Shown here one piece after another: positions 46,328-54,003 of a stretch of 60,918 bases of DNA (its first letter is position 1; the number at the start of each line of letters is the position of its first letter). The DNA lies in NCBI GenBank assembly GCA_017444895.1, contig JAFSVR010000017.1:1-60918 (forward strand). Reading direction: 5' to 3'. Position numbers and translations under genes: made by a program. Source of the stretch: Clostridia bacterium (lineage in GTDB: Bacteria; Bacillota; Clostridia; Christensenellales; UBA1242). Below the pieces are notes generated by a model. That model was not told the DNA's origin. It did not search any database and worked only from the letters and a program-made list of their open reading frames with translations.

Positions 46328-47492
46328 ACTAACCGTTTCTCAACTTAATACTTATCTTAAAAATATCATTGATGCCGAGGTTCTGCTTTCAAACGTAAGC
46401 GTGTATGGAGAGGTTACTAACTATAAACTTTCACATAATAACGCATATTTTGAGATTAAAGATGAAAGTGCGCAGCTTTCGTGCATTGAGTTTGGGGCGC
46501 AGTCTGATATTAAAAATGGTGACTATATCGTGGTTACCGGCAGGCCAAATTACCATGTTAAGCTAGGTCGTTTAAGTTTTGTTGTGAACCATATAGAGCC
46601 GTATGGCATTGGTGCTCTGTATCAAAAGTTTTTGGAACTGAAAGATAAGCTTGAAAAAGAAGGCTTGTTTGATGAAAAGTTTAAGCAACCTCTTCCTAAG
46701 TATGCAAAAACCATTGGCGTTGTTTCCAGTGAAACGGGCGCAGTAATCCATGATATAATTAACGTTGCAAGAAAGAACAATCCGTTCACCAACATTTTGC
46801 TTTATCCGGTTAAGGTTCAGGGTGAGGGCGCAACGGAAGAAATTGTTAAGGGCATAAAATATCTTAACACCTTGCCAGTTGTTGATGTTATTATTGTTGC
46901 TCGCGGTGGCGGATCTTTTGAAGACTTGGCTCCATTTAATACCGAGGAAGTTGCAAGGGCGGTTTTTGAAAGCGAGAAACCAATTGTTTCAGCAATTGGC
47001 CACGAAACGGATTTTAGCTTATGTGATTTTGCCTCAGACCTCAGGGTTCCAACGCCATCAGTTGCCAGTGAGGTTTGTGTGTTTAATTACTATGACGAGG
47101 TTGCAAGAATCAACGAACTCATGGATAGTGTTGAATATAAGGTTGAGAATATTATAAGCAAAGATAAAAACCAAATGGTTTCAACCTTAAATAACATATA
47201 TAATCGAACAACAAATATAATGAGCGAGTGTAAATTAAAGATAACGAACCTTGCAAATGCAAATTATGTCCGTATAAAAGAGCTATATAACAGCCAAGAC
47301 AAGCGTCTGCTTGCGCTTTCAACGGCCATTGAAAAACTGAATCCGCTTGCCGTTTTAAGGGCTGGATATAGCAAAACATATATCGGAGAAAAAAGCCTTA
47401 AAACGATAAAAGATGCAAGGGTTGGAGATACAGTTATAACTTATCTTGATGATGGAAAAATTGAGAGTAATATAACGAAAATAGGAGAATAG
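46311..47492 (+). CDS. xseA: exodeoxyribonuclease VII large subunit
   Basis: N-terminal OB (VSQLNTYLKNII...VYGEVTNYK), ARGGGS.EDL motif; followed by xseB. ATG 46314 is an equally good start. Confidence 0.9.
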   Translation: MMQDIKLTVSQLNTYLKNIIDAEVLLSNVSVYGEVTNYKLSHNNAYFEIKDESAQLSCIEFGAQSDIKNGDYIVVTGRPNYHVKLGRLSFVVNHIEPYGIGALYQKFLELKDKLEKEGLFDEKFKQPLPKYAKTIGVVSSETGAVIHDIINVARKNNPFTNILLYPVKVQGEGATEEIVKGIKYLNTLPVVDVIIVARGGGSFEDLAPFNTEEVARAVFESEKPIVSAIGHETDFSLCDFASDLRVPTPSVASEVCVFNYYDEVARINELMDSVEYKVENIISKDKNQMVSTLNNIYNRTTNIMSECKLKITNLANANYVRIKELYNSQDKRLLALSTAIEKLNPLAVLRAGYSKTYIGEKSLKTIKDARVGDTVITYLDDGKIESNITKIGE

Positions 47493-47496
47493 AACT

Positions 47497-47703
47497 ATGA
47501 ATTATGAAGAAGCAATAAACGAACTTGAAAAGATTGAAAAAGAACTTGCAAATGGTGATGTTAAAATTGATGAAGCGGTTAAACTTTTTGAGAAGAGTGT
47601 TGAACTATCAAAGTTGTGTTTTGAAAACTTAAAACAAACAGAAGGCAAAATCACAATGCTCAAAAAAGAACTTGATAAAATGGTTGAAGTTCCACTTGGC
47701 TAA
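47497..47703 (+). CDS. xseB: exodeoxyribonuclease VII small subunit
   Basis: 68 aa, YEEAINELEKIEKEL...LFEKSVELSKLC typical XseB. Confidence 0.9.
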   Translation: MNYEEAINELEKIEKELANGDVKIDEAVKLFEKSVELSKLCFENLKQTEGKITMLKKELDKMVEVPLG

Positions 47704-47753
47704 TATTTTTGAAACCAAATAGTTGGTTTAAGGCATACTTTTTTTATAAAAAC

Positions 47754-47785
47754 AAAAACTACTTTCAATGCGGAGTAGTTTTTTT
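47754..47785 (+). terminator. terminator-like hairpin abutting the spoIVB start codon
   Basis: Perfect 10-bp stem AAAAACTACT / AGTAGTTTTT, 10-nt loop containing GCGG of the GGAG SD; the T-run ends at the ATG (47786). Confidence 0.5.
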
Positions 47786-48913
47786 ATGCAACACAATAAA
47801 AACCTTTTGAAAAAAACAATGGCTATTTTCCTTGCACTATGTGTAAGCTTTTTCTGTGTTGTAAAATGTCCAAATAGTTCTGATTCAGCGCTTGCACAGG
47901 CTTCACCAATTAAAAGCATTATTGAATGGCTGTTTTCTGGGCAAAGAGACGCTACTGATTCTCAAATACAAACTGCGCCAATGCCAGAGGTGTATGTTGG
48001 TGGGGTGCCACTTGGTTTTGTTTTGAATTGTGATGGTGTTGTTGTGGTGGCGGTTGGAGAGGTTGTTTCACCAAACGGAACACGCAGCCCTGGCCAAGAG
48101 GCCGGAATTGTTGCTGGCGATATTGTGTATTCAATCTGTGATAAGATTGTCACATCAGCAGGTGTCATTGAAAACTTAATTAATCATGGGAAAAATGCTG
48201 GGCGAGAACTAGATGTTACCATAAAAAGGGCAGGTGCAACGATAAACACTAAAATATCCCCTTGCTTTGATATTTCTTCCGGGAAATATAAACTGGGGCT
48301 TTGGATACGTGACGATGCTGCGGGTGTTGGAACATTAACATATATTCGGGTTGACAATGGTCGTTTTGGGGCGCTTGGGCATCCGGTTTGTGACATAGAC
48401 ACTGGTTCGTTATTGCCAATTTCTAGCGGGCAAATTTACGCTTGCAATATCTTGGGTGCAACAAGAGGTGAACGGGGAAAACCGGGTGAACTTAAGGGCT
48501 TGTTTTTGCACAACGGTGTTAAAATTGGAACCCTTGATAACAACAATAATTATGGGGTTTTTGGAACGTTTGATTATGGTGAATATCCAAACCAATTAGA
48601 AAAAATGCCAACAGCATCAAAAAACGAAATCAAGCTTGGCAAGGCTGTTTTAAGATGTACAACAAATGGCACAAAGCCAAACGACTATGAGGTTGAAATT
48701 ATTAAAAAGGGCGGAATAATAGATAACAAAAATAATATGGTTATAAGAATTATAGATGAAAAGTTACTTTCTGAAACTGGCGGAATTGTTCAAGGGATGA
48801 GTGGAAGCCCTGTAATTCAAAATGGCAAATTGATTGGGGCGGTAACCCATGTTTTCGTTAGTGACCCAACTAAGGGCTTTGCCACTTTTATTGAAAATAT
48901 GCTTGAAGGGTAG
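47786..48913 (+). CDS. spoIVB: SpoIVB peptidase (S55), sporulation signalling protease
   Basis: N-terminal TM, PDZ-like GIVAGDIV, GTLT, catalytic-serine context GMSGSPV; immediately upstream of spo0A as in endospore formers. Confidence 0.85.
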   Translation: MQHNKNLLKKTMAIFLALCVSFFCVVKCPNSSDSALAQASPIKSIIEWLFSGQRDATDSQIQTAPMPEVYVGGVPLGFVLNCDGVVVVAVGEVVSPNGTRSPGQEAGIVAGDIVYSICDKIVTSAGVIENLINHGKNAGRELDVTIKRAGATINTKISPCFDISSGKYKLGLWIRDDAAGVGTLTYIRVDNGRFGALGHPVCDIDTGSLLPISSGQIYACNILGATRGERGKPGELKGLFLHNGVKIGTLDNNNNYGVFGTFDYGEYPNQLEKMPTASKNEIKLGKAVLRCTTNGTKPNDYEVEIIKKGGIIDNKNNMVIRIIDEKLLSETGGIVQGMSGSPVIQNGKLIGAVTHVFVSDPTKGFATFIENMLEG

Positions 48914-48924
48914 GCGTTTGTCAT

Positions 48925-48960
48925 ATTTTTGAATATTTTTGTTCAAAAATATTCAAAAAT
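48925..48960. repeat. 36-bp perfect palindrome (17-bp arms, 2-nt centre); possible spoIVB terminator or operator
   Basis: ATTTTTGAATATTTTTG-tt-CAAAAATATTCAAAAAT, followed by GTTTT. Confidence 0.6.
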
Positions 48961-48962
48961 GT

Positions 48963-48991
48963 TTTACAACAAAAATTTTATGTGATAAAAT
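48963..48991 (+). promoter_or_regulatory. sigma-A-type promoter with extended -10 upstream of spo0A
   Basis: TTTACA (48963-48968), 17 nt, TGaTAAAAT (-10 at 48986-48991). Confidence 0.5.
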
Positions 48992-49009
48992 GGTTTCAGG
49001 GTGGAAGAA

Positions 49010-49729
49010 ATGGAACTACATATGATAGCATTGAGCAATAGGTTTGATATGGGATCTATGGCGTCAAATTATAACTTTAATGGTGATAATTTTGTTCTAA
49101 GGATGGTTGCAACCAACTTTGGTGATTTGCTTAATGGAATAGTTAAGTATTCTCCGCAAGTTGTTATCATAGATGCTGAATATCAGGTGGCATATTGCTC
49201 TTTAAACGATTTGATTGAAATTGTTTCAAAAATTTATAAAAACGACATTGTTATAATTTCAGGCAACGTTAAAAAATCTGAAAACTATTATGTTGTTAAT
49301 CCATTCTTTTGGAAGTCTGAGTTGGTTCGCATTCTTGCCAAAATTGCCAAAAAACTAAAAAGTGGTTCAGGCTCAAAAGGTGCCTATACTCTCCAAGAAA
49401 TAATAACACAAAGACTTCTGAAATATAATCTGCCATCAAATTTGCTAGGCTATAATTATCTTATTAAAGCGATAGAAATATGTTATCACAGGCATTGTTT
49501 CATAAAAAATATAAAAACAGACATATATGATAAGGTTGCAAAAGAATTTGGAGTTTCAGCAGACAATGTTGAAAGGAACATAAGAAATGCTCTTAATGTT
49601 GCAAAACTTGAACACCAGAGAAAGGGGAATAAAAATAACTATCTATTCGGTGAGTTTTGTGAGATAACAAACAAAAGGTTTATTATTGGCGCAACAACGG
49701 AAATTTGTTCAAGTAAGCAAGGTTTTTAA
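49010..49729 (+). CDS. spo0A: Spo0A-family sporulation transcription factor with degenerate receiver domain
   Basis: C-terminal Spo0A-specific domain (LLGYNYLIKAIEICY...VSADNVERNIRNALNVA); position after spoIVB. The receiver lacks DD (IALSN) and the conserved Lys (VVNPF). ATG 49010 follows GGTGGA (ORF opens at 49001). Confidence 0.75.
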   Translation: MELHMIALSNRFDMGSMASNYNFNGDNFVLRMVATNFGDLLNGIVKYSPQVVIIDAEYQVAYCSLNDLIEIVSKIYKNDIVIISGNVKKSENYYVVNPFFWKSELVRILAKIAKKLKSGSGSKGAYTLQEIITQRLLKYNLPSNLLGYNYLIKAIEICYHRHCFIKNIKTDIYDKVAKEFGVSADNVERNIRNALNVAKLEHQRKGNKNNYLFGEFCEITNKRFIIGATTEICSSKQGF

Positions 49730-49750
49730 GATGGTTAAATAGTTGCATCG

Positions 49751-49785
49751 GTTTCTCATATAATTAAATATGAGAAACTTTTTTT
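49751..49785 (+). terminator. rho-independent terminator after spo0A, overlapping the next start codon
   Basis: Perfect 11-bp stem GTTTCTCATAT-aattaa-ATATGAGAAAC followed by TTTTTTT; ATG 49770 lies in the 3' arm. Confidence 0.65.
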
Positions 49786-50396
49786 ATGATCTAAAATTTG
49801 AAATGAAAGAGCATTTTCAAAAAAGTAAAACGATATTTATTATATTATTTATATTTGCGCTTGTTGGGCTAGTTTTGGGGATATTTGCAATACTTTCAGG
49901 AACAAGCTTTTCAGGGGTGTTAAGATATAGCGACAAAAATATCCTAAATTATATTTCGGGTTCAGCAAGCACAGTAAGCATTTTCCTATCAAAGCTCTTT
50001 GAATCAGTAGTTTGTTTCTTGCTAATATATATTTTCTGTTTAAGCAGTGCAACTGCGTTGTTGAGCTATGTGTTTTTTGGATATCAAAACTTTTTGCTTG
50101 CAATAAGTTGCAGTGTGATTATTGATATCTATGGTTTTCCTGGGGTTCTCAATGTTGCTATTTTGATTATTCCAATCAATTTGGCGGTCATTTTTGTTAT
50201 GGCGCTTGCAATCAGTGTTGCCCGAATAAGGGCAATGGAGGCAAAAAAATATAATGAGCCATTAAGCGCTAGTTTCAAGATGAGTGGATTTTATAAAAAA
50301 TACTTAATTGTGTTTTTGCTGATGATTGTTGTATGCTTAATATATTCTTTTATTATGCCACTTCTTTTGAAAAGTTTTTTGCTAATTTTATATTAA
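49770..50396 (+). CDS. SpoIIM-like (DUF95) polytopic membrane protein
   Basis: 208 aa, ~5 TM. The N-terminus MRNFFYDLKFEMKEHFQKSKTIF resembles B. subtilis SpoIIM MRKVSVKDSLKEHVQRHSSIY (from memory). Confidence 0.5.
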   Translation: MRNFFYDLKFEMKEHFQKSKTIFIILFIFALVGLVLGIFAILSGTSFSGVLRYSDKNILNYISGSASTVSIFLSKLFESVVCFLLIYIFCLSSATALLSYVFFGYQNFLLAISCSVIIDIYGFPGVLNVAILIIPINLAVIFVMALAISVARIRAMEAKKYNEPLSASFKMSGFYKKYLIVFLLMIVVCLIYSFIMPLLLKSFLLILY

Positions 50397-50443
50397 CTGA
50401 ATAAAACCCCCAAATAGTAAAATACTAACCATGGGTGATAAAA

Positions 50444-51613
50444 ATGAGAAAATTTACAACTTTTTTAATTGTTTTTGTTCTATTTTGCAGTTTTTTGGTA
50501 TTATCAAATCAATCTAAATTTGTCTGCTATGCACAAGGAGATTCAACTGAACTGAATTTTGCACCAAATAGTAAGGCGTGCTATTTGGTTGAAAGTTCAA
50601 GTGGCAAGGTTCTGTTTTCAAAAAATGAAACAGCGCCTCTTCCTATTGCAAGCATGACAAAAATGATGAGCCTTAAACTTATCTTTGATGCAATTGATAG
50701 TGGGCTTATTAATGAAAACGGTGATGTATATGTAACTGAAAACGCTGCATCGGTTGGTGGATCTTCAGCTTTTCTTGATGGTAAAAAAACATATAAGGTG
50801 GGGGAACTAATAAAGTCGGTTATAATTGCTTCGGCAAATGATAGCACGGTTGCTTTGGCTGAGGCGGTTTCTGGAAGTGAGGCAGTGTTTGTTTCTAAGA
50901 TGAATGAAGAAGCGAAAAAACTGAACCTGGTTGCATCTCATTTTGTAAATTCAACAGGGCTTCCAGCGCCTGAACATTATTCATGTGCAAAGGATTGCGC
51001 AACAATATATATGAGCATTTGTGAAAACCCAATTTATCAAAAATATGCAAAGATCTGGATTGATAAAATTGTTCATCCTGGTGGGCGAGAAACTGGACTT
51101 GTTAACACCAACAGGCTTGTTAAAACTTTCCCTGGGTGTTTTGCAGGAAAAACAGGCTACACTAGCGAGGCAAAATATTGCTTAACCTGTTCAGCAAAGC
51201 GTGGTGACACTCATTTGGTTGCTGTTGTTATTGGCGAGCCAGATAGCAAAACAAGATTTGCCGAATGTGTTGAGTTGTTTAATTATGGCTTTGCCAACTT
51301 TGAAAGTAAACCAATTATAACAGGAACGACAACGTTTAGTGTTGATGTTAAAGGCTCAAGCAAGCAAACAATTTCTGCTAAGCCTGCTCGTGAGTATTTT
51401 GATTTTTGTGAAAAGGGTTCTGCATCAACAAAAACCTACATCGAAAAATACGATAACATAAACGCCCCAATAAGTGCGGGTTCAAAAATTGGCAAAGTGC
51501 TGATAATTGATGCAAATAACGTTGTTGTTGATGAAATTGATTTGATTGCCATTGACGACGCACCAAAACTTACATTAATGGATTGTTTCAAAAAAGCTAT
51601 TTCAAGGTGGTAA
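50444..51613 (+). CDS. D-alanyl-D-alanine carboxypeptidase (S11, PBP5 family)
   Basis: Signal peptide; SxxK ASMTKMM, SxN SANDS, KTG KTGYT. ATG 50444 follows GGGTGA (ORF opens at 50435). Confidence 0.85.
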   Translation: MRKFTTFLIVFVLFCSFLVLSNQSKFVCYAQGDSTELNFAPNSKACYLVESSSGKVLFSKNETAPLPIASMTKMMSLKLIFDAIDSGLINENGDVYVTENAASVGGSSAFLDGKKTYKVGELIKSVIIASANDSTVALAEAVSGSEAVFVSKMNEEAKKLNLVASHFVNSTGLPAPEHYSCAKDCATIYMSICENPIYQKYAKIWIDKIVHPGGRETGLVNTNRLVKTFPGCFAGKTGYTSEAKYCLTCSAKRGDTHLVAVVIGEPDSKTRFAECVELFNYGFANFESKPIITGTTTFSVDVKGSSKQTISAKPAREYFDFCEKGSASTKTYIEKYDNINAPISAGSKIGKVLIIDANNVVVDEIDLIAIDDAPKLTLMDCFKKAISRW

Positions 51614-51618
51614 GAGCC

Positions 51619-51647
51619 AAGCCCTCAAGCAATTTGGGGGCTTTTTT
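51619..51647 (+). terminator. rho-independent terminator
   Basis: AAGCCCTCAA-gcaat-TTGGGGGCTT followed by TTTTT. Confidence 0.7.
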
Positions 51648-51659
51648 CTTGCGTTTTGT

Positions 51660-51689
51660 TTGACACCTTGCCTTTTTTACTTATATAAT
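51660..51689 (+). promoter_or_regulatory. sigma-A-type promoter
   Basis: TTGACA (51660-51665), 18 nt, TATAAT (51684-51689); ATG 51697 lies 7 nt downstream, no SD. Confidence 0.6.
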
Positions 51690-51696
51690 AATGTGT

Positions 51697-52374
51697 ATGT
51701 TAATATCTCTACTATCGTCTAATGCTCCAGTGTGGCAGATTGTTTCTGTTTTGGTTGCATATATAAGCGCGCTTTTAATGGCTCTTTCAATGCATGAATA
51801 TGCTCATGCTTTTGTTGCTTATAAGAATGGGGATTCAACAGCAAAAGCGCAGGGGAGATTAACAATAAAACCATTCAGCCATCTAGATCCAATCGGTTCA
51901 GTTTGTTTGGTTTTGTTTGGCTATGGTTGGGCAAAACCGGTTCCTGTTGATTCAAGAAATTTCGGCAAGCCTAGAAGGGCGGGCTTTTTGGTTGCAATTG
52001 CCGGCGTTTCAATGAATGTGATTTTGGCAATTGTCTGGGCGCTAATTTATGCTTTGCTTATTGCTGTTTTTCCTCAGGTGCTAACCAATACTGGCATTTA
52101 TGGAATAATGCTAAACTACTTTTTATACTACTCTGTTGCTATAAATTTAGTTCTTGCATTTTTCAATATTTTGCCGGTTTATCCACTTGATGGTTTCAGG
52201 GTTGTTGAAACATTTTCAAAGCCTGATAATTCATATGTTATGTTTATGCGTGTTTTTGGTGCATATATCATGCTTGGCCTTATATTGTTTGGCGTGATTG
52301 GGCTATATGTTCAAATTCCGCTTAGTATTGCAGATTGGCTGGTTAATGCTCTGTGTGGGCTGTTTGTGGGGTAG
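51697..52374 (+). CDS. site-2 protease family (M50B) zinc metalloprotease
   Basis: HEYAHA and NILPVYPLDG motifs, polytopic; usual position upstream of scpA in Clostridia. ORF opens at 51691 (MCM...). Confidence 0.75.
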   Translation: MLISLLSSNAPVWQIVSVLVAYISALLMALSMHEYAHAFVAYKNGDSTAKAQGRLTIKPFSHLDPIGSVCLVLFGYGWAKPVPVDSRNFGKPRRAGFLVAIAGVSMNVILAIVWALIYALLIAVFPQVLTNTGIYGIMLNYFLYYSVAINLVLAFFNILPVYPLDGFRVVETFSKPDNSYVMFMRVFGAYIMLGLILFGVIGLYVQIPLSIADWLVNALCGLFVG

Positions 52375-52375
52375 T

Positions 52376-53170
52376 ATGGAAGAAATTGAAATAAAAACAA
52401 CTGAAGAATTGGGTGCTTTAAGCGGTGAGCCGTCTGATTTTGATGCCGAAAGTTTTAAGGTTAGGCTTAACACTTTTGAGGGGCCTCTTGACCTGCTTTT
52501 AGAGCTTATTAAAACATCTAAGATAGACATTTGCGATATTTTTTTGAGTCAAATAACCGAACAATATCTTGAAATTGTAAGCAATATTGGCGAACTTGAT
52601 GTTGAAAAAGCAAGTGAGTTTATTGAGATGGCGTCAACGCTTCTTGAAATAAAATCCCGCAAACTTCTGCCAAAGCCTCCTGTTGAGCTTGAAACGGAAG
52701 ATGAAGATCCCGAACAAAAGCTCATACGCCAAATTGAAGAATATAAACTTTTCAAAGAGGCAAGTGAGAAATTGAGAGCGTTTGAAGACGTAGATAAATT
52801 TTATAAACAGCCTGATCCAAAGGCGGGTGATTTTAGGTATGTTCTGCCTGATGATCTAAGCCTTGACAATCTTATTGATGCCTTTTCAAAGGTTATGTTT
52901 AAGGCCAGCATGAAGGCAGAGGTTCCAAAGGAAAAGAAGATTGTTAAAGATCGTTTCACCGTTGCCCAAAAGATAGGTTATATTAAAGACACATTGCTTA
53001 TCAAAAAAACATTCAGTTTCAAAGAGTTGTTTGAAGAAGACTATTCAAAAAGTGAAATAATAAACACGTTTCTTGCGGTTTTGGAACTGTTAAAAACGCA
53101 AGAAATAACAGTTAAACAAAATAACACTTTTGATGATATTGAAATACACAAGAGGGAAGAGAAGGCATAA
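52376..53170 (+). CDS. scpA: segregation and condensation protein A
   Basis: FEGPLDLLLELIK... kleisin N-terminus. ATG 52376 lies just after the M50 stop; the ORF extension from 52298 overlaps the M50 gene. Confidence 0.9.
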   Translation: MEEIEIKTTEELGALSGEPSDFDAESFKVRLNTFEGPLDLLLELIKTSKIDICDIFLSQITEQYLEIVSNIGELDVEKASEFIEMASTLLEIKSRKLLPKPPVELETEDEDPEQKLIRQIEEYKLFKEASEKLRAFEDVDKFYKQPDPKAGDFRYVLPDDLSLDNLIDAFSKVMFKASMKAEVPKEKKIVKDRFTVAQKIGYIKDTLLIKKTFSFKELFEEDYSKSEIINTFLAVLELLKTQEITVKQNNTFDDIEIHKREEKA

Positions 53171-53174
53171 GAAA

Positions 53175-53966
53175 ATGGAAAAGTTAGGAGAAATTATTGA
53201 AAGCATTTTGTTCATTGCTGGCGAGCCGGTTTTGGTTTCGGATATATCTTCAAAACTTGGGGTTGAAGACAAGGAAATTAAAACTGCCATAAAGAATCTT
53301 AAATCAAAGTTTAATGAGGATAGTGGGCTTGTTTTGCTTGAATTTAATGGCAAGCTTCAGCTTGCAACAAACTCTAAATATGGCGAGGCCGTTTCAATGG
53401 TGCTCAATCCAATAAGGGAAAGAAGCCTTTCAAAAGCAACGCTTGAAACATTGGCGATAATAGCCTATAAACAGCCAATAACGCGCCTTGAAATTGAAGA
53501 GATAAGGGGTGTTGGCTGTGATTATGCAATCAGCATTTTGATGGATCACAATTTGATTGAGGTTGTTGGAAGGAAAGATGCTGTTGGAAGACCGGTTTTG
53601 TTTGGAACAACAGATGATTTCTTAAAGCGTTTTAATATCAGCAATCTTGCAGATCTGCCAGATTATAACGACTTGCTTGAAAAAATAAAAATTGTAAGAA
53701 CAAATGATGATGCGTTATATAATGAGTATGACGTTCCAACTTCAAAAATTGAAAATGATGAAGAGTTGAAACCAAATGAGCAAGAAGATATCAAGCTTCC
53801 GAATGTAAAGCCAATAAAAGAGGTTGCTATCAAGAATGAAAAGCCCCTTGCAGAAAGCACTTTTAATCCTGATAAAAACTATTTTAATGATATCATTAAA
53901 GAGGATGATGAGGATGAGCTTATTTCATCAATAAACAGCCAAGAAAATGACGATGAAATTGTATAA
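53175..53966 (+). CDS. scpB: segregation and condensation protein B (with long acidic C-terminal tail)
   Basis: IIESILFIAGEPV..., LETLAIIAYKQPITR.EIEEIRGV, GRPVLFGTT motifs. ATG 53175 lies after the scpA stop. Confidence 0.9.
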   Translation: MEKLGEIIESILFIAGEPVLVSDISSKLGVEDKEIKTAIKNLKSKFNEDSGLVLLEFNGKLQLATNSKYGEAVSMVLNPIRERSLSKATLETLAIIAYKQPITRLEIEEIRGVGCDYAISILMDHNLIEVVGRKDAVGRPVLFGTTDDFLKRFNISNLADLPDYNDLLEKIKIVRTNDDALYNEYDVPTSKIENDEELKPNEQEDIKLPNVKPIKEVAIKNEKPLAESTFNPDKNYFNDIIKEDDEDELISSINSQENDDEIV

Positions 53967-54003
53967 GGCGTATTAAAACAATAAAATCGCAAACAATAAG
54001 ATT

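Noticed and set aside
48912-48934. Possible sigma-H promoter for spo0A (AGG...GAAT)
   Set aside because: The spacing between the AGG and GAAT elements is ~9 nt, not the 11-12 expected, and the flanking bases do not fit the consensus.
52298-52375. N-terminal extension of the scpA ORF overlapping the M50 protease gene by 77 nt
   Set aside because: Met at 52376, right after the M50 stop, gives the canonical ScpA start. The extension is hydrophobic out-of-frame sequence of the upstream gene.
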